26,631 bases of DNA from Octopus sinensis (taxonomy: Eukaryota). The notes below the pieces were generated by a model. It did not search any database and was not told where the DNA came from. It saw only the letters and a program-made list of their open reading frames with translations. The stretch lies in the NCBI RefSeq assembly GCF_006345805.1, contig NW_021834134.1:1-26631 (forward strand). Direction: 5' to 3'. A program made the position numbers and the translations under genes. Below are positions 1 to 11,287 of the stretch, piece after piece; within the stretch, counting starts at the first letter, position 1; every line of letters starts with the position of its first letter.

Positions 1-52
1 GCATCATGTACACTTTACCCTTTTTTCTTCTCTTTGCTTACAACAATTATCG

Positions 53-86
53 CCACCACCACCACCACCACCACCACCACCACCAC
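53..86 (+). repeat. (CAC)n microsatellite
   Basis: Perfect CAC/ACC run; explains the poly-His stretch in ORF 6..194. Confidence 0.95.
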
Positions 87-699
87 TCACCACCGCGCTT
101 TTCTTTATCCTTCCCCGCCACAATTTTGCAGACACCGATTTCCCGCCAACACCCCCGACTGTTATTAACCCCTCTCCACATTCCCCCCTACTAAATCACA
201 ATGCACCAAACAGAGCTTTTTTTATGTAAGACTAATGCAATTTAATATTACACACATAAATGCTCACACACTCATACACCCCGCATAGAATCACACTCTA
301 GTACATACATAATGTATCCCAAATGCTCACACAGATACCAGACGTCCATATTCATATATACGCGTATATTCATAAATACTTGCATACTTAGGCCTCACAA
401 CTACCCGTAAAAGAGCTTATTTCAAATCAAACACATAGTCACCTACAACGCAGTGTCTGACACATACACTTATGTACATAGACAGAGCTAAGGATACAAA
501 AGCTATAACCAAGTTTTCTTGCTTAATCACATCAACAGACACGTACACACACAAACATATTTCGAAGCAACACACTTAATGCACATTCAAAGAGCACAAA
601 CACACTCGCATACGTACATACTTACGGACAAAGACCTGTTTGGTAAATGTCCAAATATGAAAATTACTTTCTTCTCTTTTGCATAATGAATATAATGCA

Positions 700-713
700 T
701 GTGTATATATATA

Positions 714-758
<45 letters not shown>

Positions 759-773
759 CATACATACACACAC
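700..773. repeat. (TA)n/(CATA)n compound microsatellite
   Basis: Directly visible. Confidence 0.95.
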
Positions 774-835
774 AAGGAAATAAATGAATGTGTGCACGTG
801 CGTGTATGTATATATGTGTAGGTAGATAGATATGT

Positions 836-1078
836 TTCTTTATTAGCCACACTGGGTTGCACACAGACGGGACAGATTACAAAGTAGAGCTTTTCTTTTT
901 GGGAAGAAAAAAAAGTGGGGTAGGTTTTCTATCAAAAGGGATCGTGTATCACAGAAATGTCATGATGTAAAGGGGGAAGGGGGAAGCAGATAAGGTTTAT
1001 CCGTGGAAAGAAAAGCCTACGAAAAAGACCACGGTAACCTCGGTCAATAATGTCACATGTCAACACATTTATTTGCAA
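836..1078 (-). mobile_element. Probable LINE 3'-UTR remnant (L1/Tx1-like)
   Basis: Minus strand ends ...gtgtggctAATAAAgaaac, a polyadenylation signal just before a microsatellite. It resembles 3' UTRs I recall from octopus L1/Tx1-like elements; clade not verifiable here. Confidence 0.45.
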
Positions 1079-1213
1079 GTAAGTAACCCTCTGTTTTAAA
1101 TTTTTCCGGGTTCATAGGATCATGCTCAAGGTGGCTTTGTCATTCATACGTGCGAAGCCACCTTGAGCATAATCCTATGAACCCGGAAAAATTTAAAACA
1201 AAAGGTTACTTAC
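1079..1213. repeat. Fold-back element with 59-bp arms and a 17-nt loop
   Basis: 1079-1137 pairs with 1155-1213 at 56/59 positions with no indels. Mismatches are C1089/A1203, C1091/A1201 and C1121/A1171. Confidence 0.95.
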
Positions 1214-1428
1214 AGATATAATAATGAAATTATTGTATACAGTGCTCAGGTGCACCACAACTTGTCAGAAAGTGCATATAAAGTACATGCAGTAATGTAG
1301 AAATGTCTGGAAAGCGAACAATGTATGAGTCAGATACATGCTTGTGTGTGTATGGAGGGGAGAAAATCAAGTGTAGTGTTGGCGAATCTCAGGAAGCATG
1401 GAAGTTTTGAAGGATGCAGTGCTTCGAT
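1214..1428 (-). mobile_element. Probable LINE (CR1/L2-like) 3' end fragment
   Basis: Minus strand reads RSTASFKTSMLPEIRQHYT*, similar to ORF2 C-termini of CR1/L2-type LINEs. A UTR ending aataatttcattattatat follows. Confidence 0.45.
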
Positions 1429-1585
1429 AGATAGATCATTCTTCTGAACAAATTTGAACACTCAATACAAAGTAAAGAGTAAAGTACATTAAAAAAATAT
1501 ATAAGCTAACGGTTCACTGACAGACTTTCAGGACAAAAAAGCTGTTATTTACAAGCATACCGTTCTGTTTATCAATATTGCCAAG

Positions 1586-1703
1586 TTTTATTCAACCAGA
1601 ATGAGGTTATTAGTTGATATTAGTGGACAGTATAGATGTTATTGTGATGTCTTCTGCACGGGCTGCAAACATCAGGTCACAGCCGCATTCTGGTTGAATA
1701 AAA
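1586..1703. repeat. Inverted repeat with 18-bp perfect arms
   Basis: TTTTATTCAACCAGAATG (1586-1603) and CATTCTGGTTGAATAAAA (1686-1703), with partial pairing continuing inward. Confidence 0.85.
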
Positions 1704-1901
1704 TATGCTTACACTGAAAAACAGCAGGGGAATGCCCTCTAAACAACAATATTTTTCTCTAACGAATTCACAGCCAAGCAATGTAGCACTTATGGAGTTT
1801 TTTCTTCTTACACAAACACATGCAAACGTAAGAAAAACTAGCTACAAAGCTGTTTGTCATAAGAATTTATAGACTTCAAAGGGACATGAAATGTTTCATT
1901 A

Positions 1902-2004
1902 TTAACGCTTGAACTCAAAGTAGCAGCGTGTAAGCTTTTGGTTGAAAACCTCTTTGGAGAGAAAAGGCTGAAGGATCTTTATCTACTTTGAGTTCAACCG
2001 TTAA
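1902..2004. mobile_element. MITE-like element with inverted termini bounded by TTAA
   Basis: 1902-1923 (TTAACGCTTGAACTCAAAGTAG) pairs with 1983-2004 at 21/22; both ends are TTAA. Confidence 0.55.
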
Positions 2005-2009
2005 AACAA

Positions 2010-2906
2010 TATACATATATATACACACACACATATACATAAATACATATATATACACATACAATACATACATACATATATATACACATACATATATACA
2101 TACATATATATACACATACATATATACATACATATATATACACATACATATACACATACATATACACATACATATATATACACATACATATATATACACA
2201 TACATATATATACACATACATATACACATACATATATATACACATACATATACACATACATATATATACACATACATATACACATACATATATATACACA
2301 TACATATATACATACACATACATATATATACACATACATATACACACATATATACATACATATACACACATATATACATACATATACACACATATATACA
2401 TACATATATATATATATATATACACGCACATGTATATATATATATACACATACACGCACACACACACACATATATGTATACACATATACACGCACACATA
2501 TATATATACACATATACACGCACACATATATATATATATACACACATATACACGCACACATATATATATACACATATACACGCACACATATATATATATA
2601 TACACACATATACACGCACACATATATATATATATATACACACACATATACACGCACACACACATATATATATACACATATACACGCACACACACATATA
2701 TATATACACATATACACGCACATATATATATATACATCATATACACGCACACATATATATACACATATACACGCACACACACACATATATATATATATAC
2801 ACACATTCATATATTTATGTATACATACACATATACATAGATATACGCATATTCATATATATTTATATATACATACATATATACGCATGTTCAATTATAT
2901 TTATAT

Positions 2907-2961
<55 letters not shown>

Positions 2962-3045
2962 TTCAATTATATTTATATATACATACACATATACATGTAC
3001 ACACACATACATACATACATACATAGATGCATACCTACACACATG
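2010..3045. repeat. Large compound (TA/CA/CATA/CACG) microsatellite
   Basis: Directly visible; source of the I/Y/H/T and V/C/Y/M pseudo-ORFs. Confidence 0.97.
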
Positions 3046-3247
3046 CAATATTCCTGACAATTCTGCAGCTGTTATGTAAGAACACACCTGCTTTGATAAT
3101 CAACTGATCCTACGAAACAGTAGCTCTGTAGTTAGGAAGCCTAAATCTACATCAGTTGAACTCAGCACCATGGATTGTTGAACTTGAACTGAGCTCTTTT
3201 ATTAATCCTTGTCTAGTCAAATGCTACATTGTCTGTTTATCTACATC

Positions 3248-3254
3248 TGTATAT

Positions 3255-3304
<50 letters not shown>
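3248..3304. repeat. (TG)n microsatellite
   Basis: Directly visible. Confidence 0.95.
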
Positions 3305-3306
<2 letters not shown>

Positions 3307-3308
<2 letters not shown>

Positions 3309-3606
3309 GCGCAATGGCCCAGTGGTTAGGGCAGCGGACTCGCGGTTGTAGGATCGCGGTTTCGATTCCCAGACCGGGCGTTGAGAGTGTTTATTGAGCG
3401 AAAACACCTAAAGCTCTACAAGGCCCCAGCAGGGGCTGGTGGTGATCCCTGCTGTACTCTTTCGCCCCAACTTTCTCTCACTCTTTCTTCTGTTGGCCTG
3501 CTCACTTAGCCAGCGGGGTGGCGTCATTTGAAGGCTAAAACAATGCGAAGCGCATTGTGACCAGCGATGTGTAGCAACATCTGATAGCCTGATCGGTCAC
3601 GGTGAT
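3307..3606 (+). mobile_element. tRNA-derived SINE, family B, near full length
   Basis: A-box TGGCCCAGTGG (3315-3325) and B-box-like GGTTTCGATTCC (3358-3369). The body recurs in reverse at 12308-12420 and the head at 14881-15189. Confidence 0.9.
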
Positions 3607-3613
3607 ATATATA

Positions 3614-3934
3614 TAAGTAGCTTGCTTACGAACCACATGGTTCCGGGTTCAGTCCCACTGCGTGGCACCTTGGGCAAGTGTCTTCTACTATAGCCTTGGA
3701 CCGACCAAAGCCTTGTGAGTGGATTTGGTAGACGCAAACTGAAAGAATCCCGTCGTATATATGTATATACGTATGTATGTGTGCGCGTATGTTTGTGTGT
3801 CTGTGTTTGCCCCCGCCCCCCCAACATCGCTTGACAACCGATGCTGCTGTGTTTACGTCACCGTAACTTAGCGGTTCGGCAAAAGAAACAGATAGAATAA
3901 GTACTAGGCTTACAAAGAATAAGTCCTGGAGTCG
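3614..3934 (+). mobile_element. tRNA-headed SINE, family A, slightly truncated at both ends
   Basis: GGTTCAGTCCC B-box-like motif, CACCTTGGGCAAGTGTCTTC segment and internal microsatellite; more than 10 copies or fragments in the window. Confidence 0.92.
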
Positions 3935-4084
3935 CATTTATATTATTATTATTATTATTCTATATATATATATAGAACACAGAATATGAGATAGATAGAT
4001 AGATACATACATACATAGATGGATAGATAGATATATAGATAAATAGATAGATATGTGTATATATAAGAAAATGAGATGACAAGA

Positions 4085-4207
4085 GAATAAATGATTATCT
4101 TATGAACCTCATTAGCTTATAGCTGTTTGTCAGACACTATAAGCCCAATGCGTCTTATATCTGAAACAGCTGTAAGGTAATGAAATTCATAAGTTAATCA
4201 TTTATTC
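4085..4207. repeat. Imperfect fold-back of about 54 paired positions with a 10-nt loop
   Basis: 4085-4097 pairs perfectly with 4195-4207. Pairing continues to 4143/4154 with four mismatches, one G.U and two small bulges; the loop is CCCAATGCGT. Confidence 0.88.
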
Positions 4208-4314
4208 CTTTATCAACACATTTTCTTATTACTGCTCTATACTCGTCTAACACTCCATTCTTAAGATTACGTATACTGAGTTCTACACCAGGTTATTAAT
4301 CACACAACACTTAT

Positions 4315-4334
4315 GCATATATATGTATAGATGC

Positions 4335-4380
<46 letters not shown>

Positions 4381-4465
4381 TGTTGTATATCTGTACAGGA
4401 ATTCTATGTATACCTGGGTGTGTGTGTGTTTTTAGACACACACACACACACACACACACACACTC
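4315..4465. repeat. (TA)n, (TG)n and (CA)n microsatellites
   Basis: Directly visible. Confidence 0.9.
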
Positions 4466-4544
4466 AAACAACCCGCCTCTCTTTACACTACAAGACGAAG
4501 GATAAAAAAAAGAAAGAAATCAAGTGCATATAATTAACAACGAA

Positions 4545-4620
4545 AATAGACGACGCAGCTCGTTAATTAACGTGACACAAGGTGCAATTATCACCTGGGA
4601 TAATTCGGCCAGCAGCCAGC
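4545..4620. promoter_or_regulatory. Candidate enhancer-like island (homeodomain/GATA-type motifs)
   Basis: Perfect 12-bp palindrome CGTTAATTAACG (4561-4572), inverted AATTATC...GATAATT (4586-4605) and retained CpGs in unique sequence. Confidence 0.3.
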
Positions 4621-4787
4621 TATGCCAACAACCGACGACAAAATAAGAGTCCCCAACAAACACATTCTCTATTACTAATAGCTCGTCTTAAAATACCACA
4701 AGCTACGTAATTCCTGCACCACCCCTGCCACCACCACCACCACCACCACCACCAACAAAGGAGCTTCTTTGTGGTCACTATTTCTGC

Positions 4788-4945
4788 GAGAAATAGCAGC
4801 GAAATCTCCCCCAAATCACCCATGTCTTAAATGCCTTAAATAATGTAGTCTTTATTCCATTAAGAATAGTAGCCAAATCTCCCTTAAATCATGTAATAAA
4901 ATATGGTCTTAATGTATTAGAAATAGCAGTCAAATCTCCCCCAAA
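4788..4945 (+). repeat. Three spaced copies of a GAAATAGCAGCCAAATCTCCC-type motif
   Basis: Copies near 4789, 4863 and 4920; a related fragment lies at about 19647. Confidence 0.7.
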
Positions 4946-5047
4946 GAAACAGGGCACATGTGAACCAGAGGTTGGAGTATGTCTATGAGTGGTTTAATGC
5001 CAAGGGGAACAGAAGCCATTACAGTAGTGATAGAAAAGACACACACA

Positions 5048-5205
5048 ACGGGCTTCTTTCAGTTTCCATCTACCAAATTCACTCATAAGGCTTTTGTCAG
5101 CCAAAGGCTATAGTAGAAGACACTTGCCCAAGGTGCTATGCAGTGGGACTGAACCTGGAACAGTGTGGCTGGGAAGCAAGCTTCTTACCACACGACCATG
5201 CCTGT
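5048..5205 (-). mobile_element. SINE family A, 5' half
   Basis: Reverse complement of the head region of 3614-3760 and 6650-6810. Confidence 0.9.
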
Positions 5206-5212
5206 ATGTATA

Positions 5213-5365
5213 AAACAGGTGAGATGGTCAAGGCTGGAATACTTTTGATCATAGGTCTGCTCAATCAGGGCTGACCTAGGGCTAAACAGCAACAACATCA
5301 ACTACAACAAAGGAAGGACTCGTTATGAAATGTAGTCCTAGATACACCATGTCATTAATGGGATG
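5213..5365 (+). repeat. Copy of the ~150-bp unit that is tandem at 22832-23250
   Basis: Shares TTTGATCATAGGTCT...CTGACCT(A/G)GGGCTAAA and GTAGTCCTAGATACAC. Confidence 0.8.
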
Positions 5366-5823
5366 CTTTCGACTGCAGGTTTGAACAATCAAGATTGACC
5401 TGAATAGACCTCATCATCATCATCATCATCAAAACCACTACTATCTGACAAGGCCAGAAATTCTTCAGTAAGTAGATTGTCAAACAAGTCAACCCTTTTA
5501 CAGAATTGGCACTTAAACAATAACAACAAAAACAATAATAATAATCTTAACAGCAAATATCCAATAAAATAAACAACCACCAGCAGGCCAAATAACCAAC
5601 AGAAGAACAACTTGCATTACACACAACACAATACAAACACTAACACAAAAGACTGTTGCCAGACCCCTTAACAAAAGAAACTGATGCAATACAATATCGG
5701 GAAGAGTTTGCACCCTTTTAACAATAAAAAAAGGCATAATAGTGCACACACCCCAGCAGGTGATGAAGAAATTTGCCTGAAACTACCAAATGTTGAATAA
5801 TAATAGAAATAATAATATTAATA

Positions 5824-6252
5824 ATGTTGTTTGACCGTAACCAGTTGAGCATGTCCCTTAGTGGCTGACAATATGTGCATCTCTGATCACGAGCAGAAGT
5901 AGTGGGGGAGCATCATAGCCATGTGTTGATAGGGATTCTTTGGGGTTTGAGTAATTCACCTCTGGAAACATGGGTGTTTCGTTCAACATCCTTAAACAAC
6001 CCTTATTCAGGGACCTTTTGAGCGAGATGGGCTACTCGACCAGAAGAAAATTCTAACTGGGCCCAACCTGCAAGATCAAGCGCTGTTTATCTTGATATGA
6101 GATCACCATGTCGCGCACATATGGTTGTGATGCATGTGCCTGGTGTACCCTTATCAGATGGGTAGTCACGATGGGTATACTGGGCTTCGTATATTTTACC
6201 CCAGTGTCACTTTGATGGCATGCACTGCTCTCTCACTCAATAATAATAATAA
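5824..6252 (+). mobile_element. Interspersed retroelement-like sequence with an (AAT)n 3' tail
   Basis: Complex ~430-bp block ending CTCTCTCACTC(AAT)n; resembles a high-copy octopus repeat from recall. Family not verified. Confidence 0.55.
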
Positions 6253-6257
6253 TTTTC

Positions 6258-6450
6258 TCTGCTTTAGGCACAAGGCTCGAAACTTTGGGAGATGGGTGGG
6301 ACTAGTTGATTACATCGACCCCTAGTGCTTATTTTATCAACCCTGAAATGATGAAAAGCATATGTCGACCTTGCTGGAATTTGAACTCTGAATATAAGGA
6401 TGGCTGAAACGCCACCAAACATTTTTGCCCCGTGTGCTACCAATTCTGCT
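6258..6450 (-). mobile_element. tRNA-headed SINE, family C
   Basis: Minus strand has AGCAGAATTGGTAGC (A-box-like) and GAGTTCAAATTCC (B-box-like). Related copies lie at 6465-6628 and 22272-22440. Confidence 0.8.
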
Positions 6451-6464
6451 AATCCTTTGGACTA

Positions 6465-6628
6465 TATAGGCAGAAGGCCTGAAATCTTGGAGAAGGGAAC
6501 TAGTCAATTATATCAATCCATGTGCTCAACAGGAATTTATTTCATTGACCCCAGAATGTAAAAAGCCTGAAGAAAGGCAGCTAAGCTTTTGTCCAATTCA
6601 ATAACAATCCTGCCAGCAACCTACCTTG
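6465..6628 (-). mobile_element. Degenerate SINE family C copy
   Basis: Aligns by eye to 6258-6450 (AGGC..GAAA..TTGG...ACTAGT...ATT..AT...). Confidence 0.6.
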
Positions 6629-6649
6629 AATGATAATAATAATAATAAT

Positions 6650-7038
6650 AGGTGTAGGAGTGGCTGTGTAGTAAGTAGTTTGCTTACGAACCACATGGTT
6701 CTGGGTTCAGTCCCACTGCATGGCACCTTGGGCAAGTGTCTTCTACTATAGCCTCAGGCTGACCAAAGCCTCGTGAGTGGATTTGATAGATGGAAACTGA
6801 TAGAAGCCCGTCGTATATATGTGTGAGTGTGTATATATATGTGTGTGTGGTGTGTCTGTATTTGTCCCCCCCCAACATCGCTTGACAACCAATGTTGGTG
6901 TGGTTACATCCCTGTAACCTAGCAGTTCGGCAAAAGAGACCGATAGAATAAATACTAGGCTTACAAAGAATAAGTCCTGTCAACTAAAGGTGGTGCTCCA
7001 GCATGGCCGCAGTCAAATGACTGAAACAAGTAAAAGAG
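6650..7038 (+). mobile_element. SINE family A, full length
   Basis: Runs from the head GGTGTAGGAGTGGCTGTGTAGTAAG to the 3' end GACTGAAACAAGTAAAAGAG. Confidence 0.93.
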
Positions 7039-7194
7039 ATATACGTGTGTGTGTCTGTGTCTACACACACACACACACACACACCCACACACATATTTCC
7101 TGTATAACTAATAAATTCGTTAGTTAATTCATTAATTTATTCATTTTCGTCGTCGGAGCAACAGAACTGCAGCTATTTTTAAACTGGGAAAAAC

Positions 7195-7460
7195 TAGAGA
7201 GAGAGAGAGAGAGACAGAGAGAGAAGAGAGATATTTCTGTACCGCAGTAGGATGGGCGGAAAAAAAAAATTGATCGCAGACACACAAACGCACATACACA
7301 TACTGATAACACAAAACTCAAAAATAGATGTGTACACGATTTCTATTCTTCTGTCTCTCCCTTTCTCTTTCTCTTTGTCCCTTTGTCTGTCTTCCTCTCT
7401 TTCTTCCTTTGTCTCTCTCTCTCTTTCTTTCCTTCCTTTCTTTCTTTGTCTTTCTCTCTC
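7195..7460. repeat. (GA)n tract and (CT)-rich polypyrimidine low complexity
   Basis: Directly visible. Confidence 0.8.
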
Positions 7461-7499
7461 TCCCCTCTGCTTCTTCCTCAATACAGCCTGTTTACCCCG

Positions 7500-8570
7500 A
7501 TCACAGGACCACTTCCACTACAACCTCTACCACCACCATACACAACCACCAAGTCTACAGCACTACCGCCACAACCACTTTACCTACACACAACCTGTTA
7601 TCTAACCTACCCTACCACCACCAACATAACCACTACTACAACTACCACCACCACCACTACCACCTGAACCATCTCAACTGCAACACAAACCAAAACTACT
7701 TGTGTACTGTTACACACACTACAGCATCATTTAATCTACCCCACACTACTACCCAAACCATCAAGCCGCCATTAACAATCCATGCTACAACCCAAACCAT
7801 CGCACATCATTTATACCATTCTGCGCTACAACTGAAACTATTACACCACCATTACCACTCCACACTACAACCCAAACCATTGCACCACTGTAACTACTAC
7901 TCAAACCAATCACAACCAATCCATGCTACTACCTGGACCACCACATCACCATTACCACTCCATACTACAACATAAACTACAACACTGGCACAACCACTTC
8001 TATGCTGCTACATACCACAATCCCGTTTAAACCATTCCATGCTACTACCTAGACCTTCACACCACTGCTGCTACTACCTAAACTACATCATTACTAAAAC
8101 CATGCCACACTACTTCCTAAACCATAACATCACCAAAACAAGTGTTATACTACTACATATACTACAACATCCCTTAAACTGTTCTACACTACTACCAAAG
8201 CCAGCACATTGTCAATACTACTCCACGCTACTACCTGAACAGCTAAATTACTCCAAACACTTCACACAACTATGTGAAGTACTTTACACCTGCAACTGGC
8301 ACCCAAACAACCACATCCCCCATTACCACCTAGACCATCACACTAGTACCCAAACCACCACAACCAACAAAACCATTTCACACTACCTGAACAAGCTCAT
8401 CACCTCCAACCACTCCATACTACTACCTAGAGCATCACACCACTCTACACTAGTACCTAAGCCACAACTACTACTACCAGCACCACCACCACCACACACA
8501 TCATAACCACAACCATCATCATTGCCAACATCACCACCACCACATACAACTTGGGTGTTGACACCACCAT
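7500..8570 (+). repeat. G-poor CAC/TAC/AAC cryptic trinucleotide low complexity
   Basis: Composition visible; yields T/H/P/L-rich pseudo-ORFs. Confidence 0.85.
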
Positions 8571-8800
8571 CACCAAGTACCCCTAACATAATGTAGTCCG
8601 TTATAAGTGTCTGGGACAGGTTCTGATTTCAGGGTACCCTCTACCCCACTCTCTCTGACCAGTCTCAGAAACCTAGTACTGGGTGTAGGGCAATTGCTTT
8701 CTCTCTTGATTATAAGATAAAAAGAAAAGACCCATCCACGACCACCACTATGACTATTACAACCGTTTATCACCACAGCCACCACCACTACTACTACCCC

Positions 8801-9046
8801 CATCACTACAGGGTATACAGTACCACTGCAACCACCACCACAGGGTATACAGTACCACTGCAACCACCACCACCACCATCACTACAGGGCATACAGTACC
8901 ACTGCAACCACCACTACCACCATCACTACAGGGCATACAGTACCACTGCAACCACCACTACCACCATCACTACAGGGTATACAGTACCACTGCAACCACC
9001 ACCACCACCACCACACCATCACTACAGGGCATACAGTACCACTGCT
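8801..9046 (+). repeat. Minisatellite, six copies of core CAGGGYATACAGTACCACTGC separated by variable (CAC)n
   Basis: Units begin near 8801, 8840, 8877, 8921, 8965 and 9017; period about 37-52 bp. Confidence 0.9.
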
Positions 9047-9239
9047 GTACATTCCAGTCAACGTCCACTACTGAACTACCACCACTACTACACCACCACA
9101 CCACCACCACCACTATTATCATTAACGATTGCGACGACCAAATATGGTGCATGGGAAAACTTAGATGCGGATGGAAGTTGTTGTACTGAGATTAAGCAGT
9201 GCATCTATAGAGTATATATATGGGAGTGTGTGTGTGTGC

Positions 9240-9271
9240 GTACATACATATACATATACATATACATATAT

Positions 9272-9316
<45 letters not shown>

Positions 9317-9575
9317 ACATATACATATATATACATATACATATACATATATATACATACATATACATACATATATACATACATATATACATATATATAC
9401 ATACATATATACATACATATACATACATATACATACATATACATACATATACATACATATACATACATATACATACATATACATACATATACATACATAT
9501 ATACATATACTACATACATACCATACAATACATACATATACATACATACATACATATACATATACATACATATAT

Positions 9576-9606
<31 letters not shown>

Positions 9607-9781
9607 CATACATATATACAATATATATATACATATATATACATACTTATAATACATATATATATACATATATATATACATTATATATACATATATATAT
9701 ACATATATATACATATATATGTGTGGTGTGTGTGTGTGTGTGGGTGTGGTGTGTGGTGTGTGGTGGGGTGTGTGTGGTGTG

Positions 9782-9812
<31 letters not shown>

Positions 9813-9820
9813 TGTGTGTA
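9240..9820. repeat. Compound (CATA/TA)n followed by (TG/GTG)n microsatellite
   Basis: Directly visible. Confidence 0.95.
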
Positions 9821-9951
9821 AATGAGTATATACATATGCTCCCTATATGAAAATGCATATGTGTATTTGTGTATGTATATTTATATGCAAATATGTAGAA
9901 AGGTAGATATAGAGATAGACCAAATATACATATATAGGCACACACACACAC

Positions 9952-9999
<48 letters not shown>

Positions 10000-10003
<4 letters not shown>

Positions 10004-10785
10004 CAGACAGAGAAATAGACTGATAAATTAGATAGATAGAGAGATAGATAGAAAGATAGATAGATAGAAAGATAGATAGATAGATAGATAGACAGACAGA
10101 AAGACAGACAGACAGACAGAAAGAAAGACAGACAGATAGAAAGACAGACAGATAGAAAGACAGACAGATAGAAAGACAGACAGACAGATAGAAAGACAGA
10201 CAGAGATAGAAAGACAGACAGACAGATAGAAAGACAGACAGACAGATAGAAAGACAGACAGACAGACAGAAAGACAGAAAGACAGACAGACAGAAAGACA
10301 GACAGATAGAAAGACAGACAGATAGAAAGACAGACAGATAGAAAGACAGACAGATAGAAAGACAGACAGATAGAAAGACAGACAGATAGAAAGACAGACA
10401 GATAGAAAGACAGACAGATAGAAAGACAGACAGATAGAAAGACAGAGAGATAGATAGAAAGACAGAGAGATAGATAGAAAGACAGAGAGATAGAAAGATA
10501 GACAGAGAGATAGAAAGATAGATAGAGAGAAAGATAGATAGAGAGAAAGATAGAGAGAAAGATAGATAGAGAGAAAGATAGATAGAGAGAAAGATAGATA
10601 GATAGAAAGATAGATAGAGAGAAAGATAGATAGAGAGAAAGATAGATAGAGAGAAAGATAGATAGAGAGAAAGATAGATAGAGAGAAAGATAGATAGAGA
10701 GAAAGATAGATAGAGAGAAAGATAGATAGAGAGAAAGATAGAGAGAAAGATAGATAGAGAGAAAGATAGATAGATAGATAGAAAT
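10000..10785. repeat. GATA/GACA/GAAA tetranucleotide array with 16-bp higher-order units
   Basis: AAGACAGACAGATAGA repeats at about 10140-10440 and GATAGATAGAGAGAAA at about 10540-10760. Confidence 0.93.
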
Positions 10786-11287
10786 CCAGTAGATGCTCAC
10801 ATACACACCCACCCACACAAATTATTTCCACTTGCATCTTCACAAGAAATTTAATATTTCATTAAAATTTAGTGAGTTAAAGAGGAAGTCTCTATTAAGC
10901 CATTCAAAATGCCGGAAATAACAACCAAATTCCAAAACATCATGCCATTCCTTCCACCTTACAGACAGGAAGACACAGTATTAAAAGTACAATAAGATGG
11001 GATGAATTTGAAATAGTGAATTTTACTTCATATGCAGTAAATGGTAGCAAGCGACTTGATTGGCTGAATTATATGACCCAGTTCAAGTATCTGGTTCAAG
11101 CCACATGACCTTTCATACATATGTGGAAGTCCGGACAGAAAATCAGTTAAATGCCTATAAGTATGAAGGTGTGTGCATGTGTGTTCACATGCATATATTT
11201 AAACTAGAAATGGTTCTGAAGAAACTGGCATTAATCTTCTAGGTCGTTCACTTCTTCTCAACCAATCAATGGCCAACTGAGTAAACC

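Noticed and set aside
1601-1717. Short ORF with a DISGQYRCYC motif resembling an Ig-domain YxC
   Set aside because: Only 38 codons, overlapping an inverted repeat, with no other domain residues.
1915-3087. Long ORFs of 268-363 aa in several frames
   Set aside because: Translations of TA/CA microsatellite (I/Y/H/T or V/C/Y/M only); stop-free because of composition.
3308-3380. tRNA-like sequence
   Set aside because: It continues into a SINE body seen elsewhere in the window and lacks a convincing cloverleaf and terminator; it is a SINE head, not a tRNA gene.
5389-5520. Acidic peptide CQFCKRVDLFDNLLTEEFLALSDSSGFDDDDDDE on the minus strand
   Set aside because: Poly-Asp comes from a (CAT)n repeat, the donor sites are weak and I do not recognise a homologue.
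5755-5795. GTGATGA-AGAAATTTGCCT-GAAAC hammerhead-like string
   Set aside because: C3 is missing, stem II is weak and there is no stem I or III.
8801-9046. CRISPR-like repeat-spacer pattern
   Set aside because: Spacers are (CAC)n, the context is eukaryotic and no cas genes are present.
8750-10843. ORFs of 200-537 aa including LSIYLSF repeats
   Set aside because: Read through a minisatellite and CATA and GATA/GACA arrays; no domain-like sequence.
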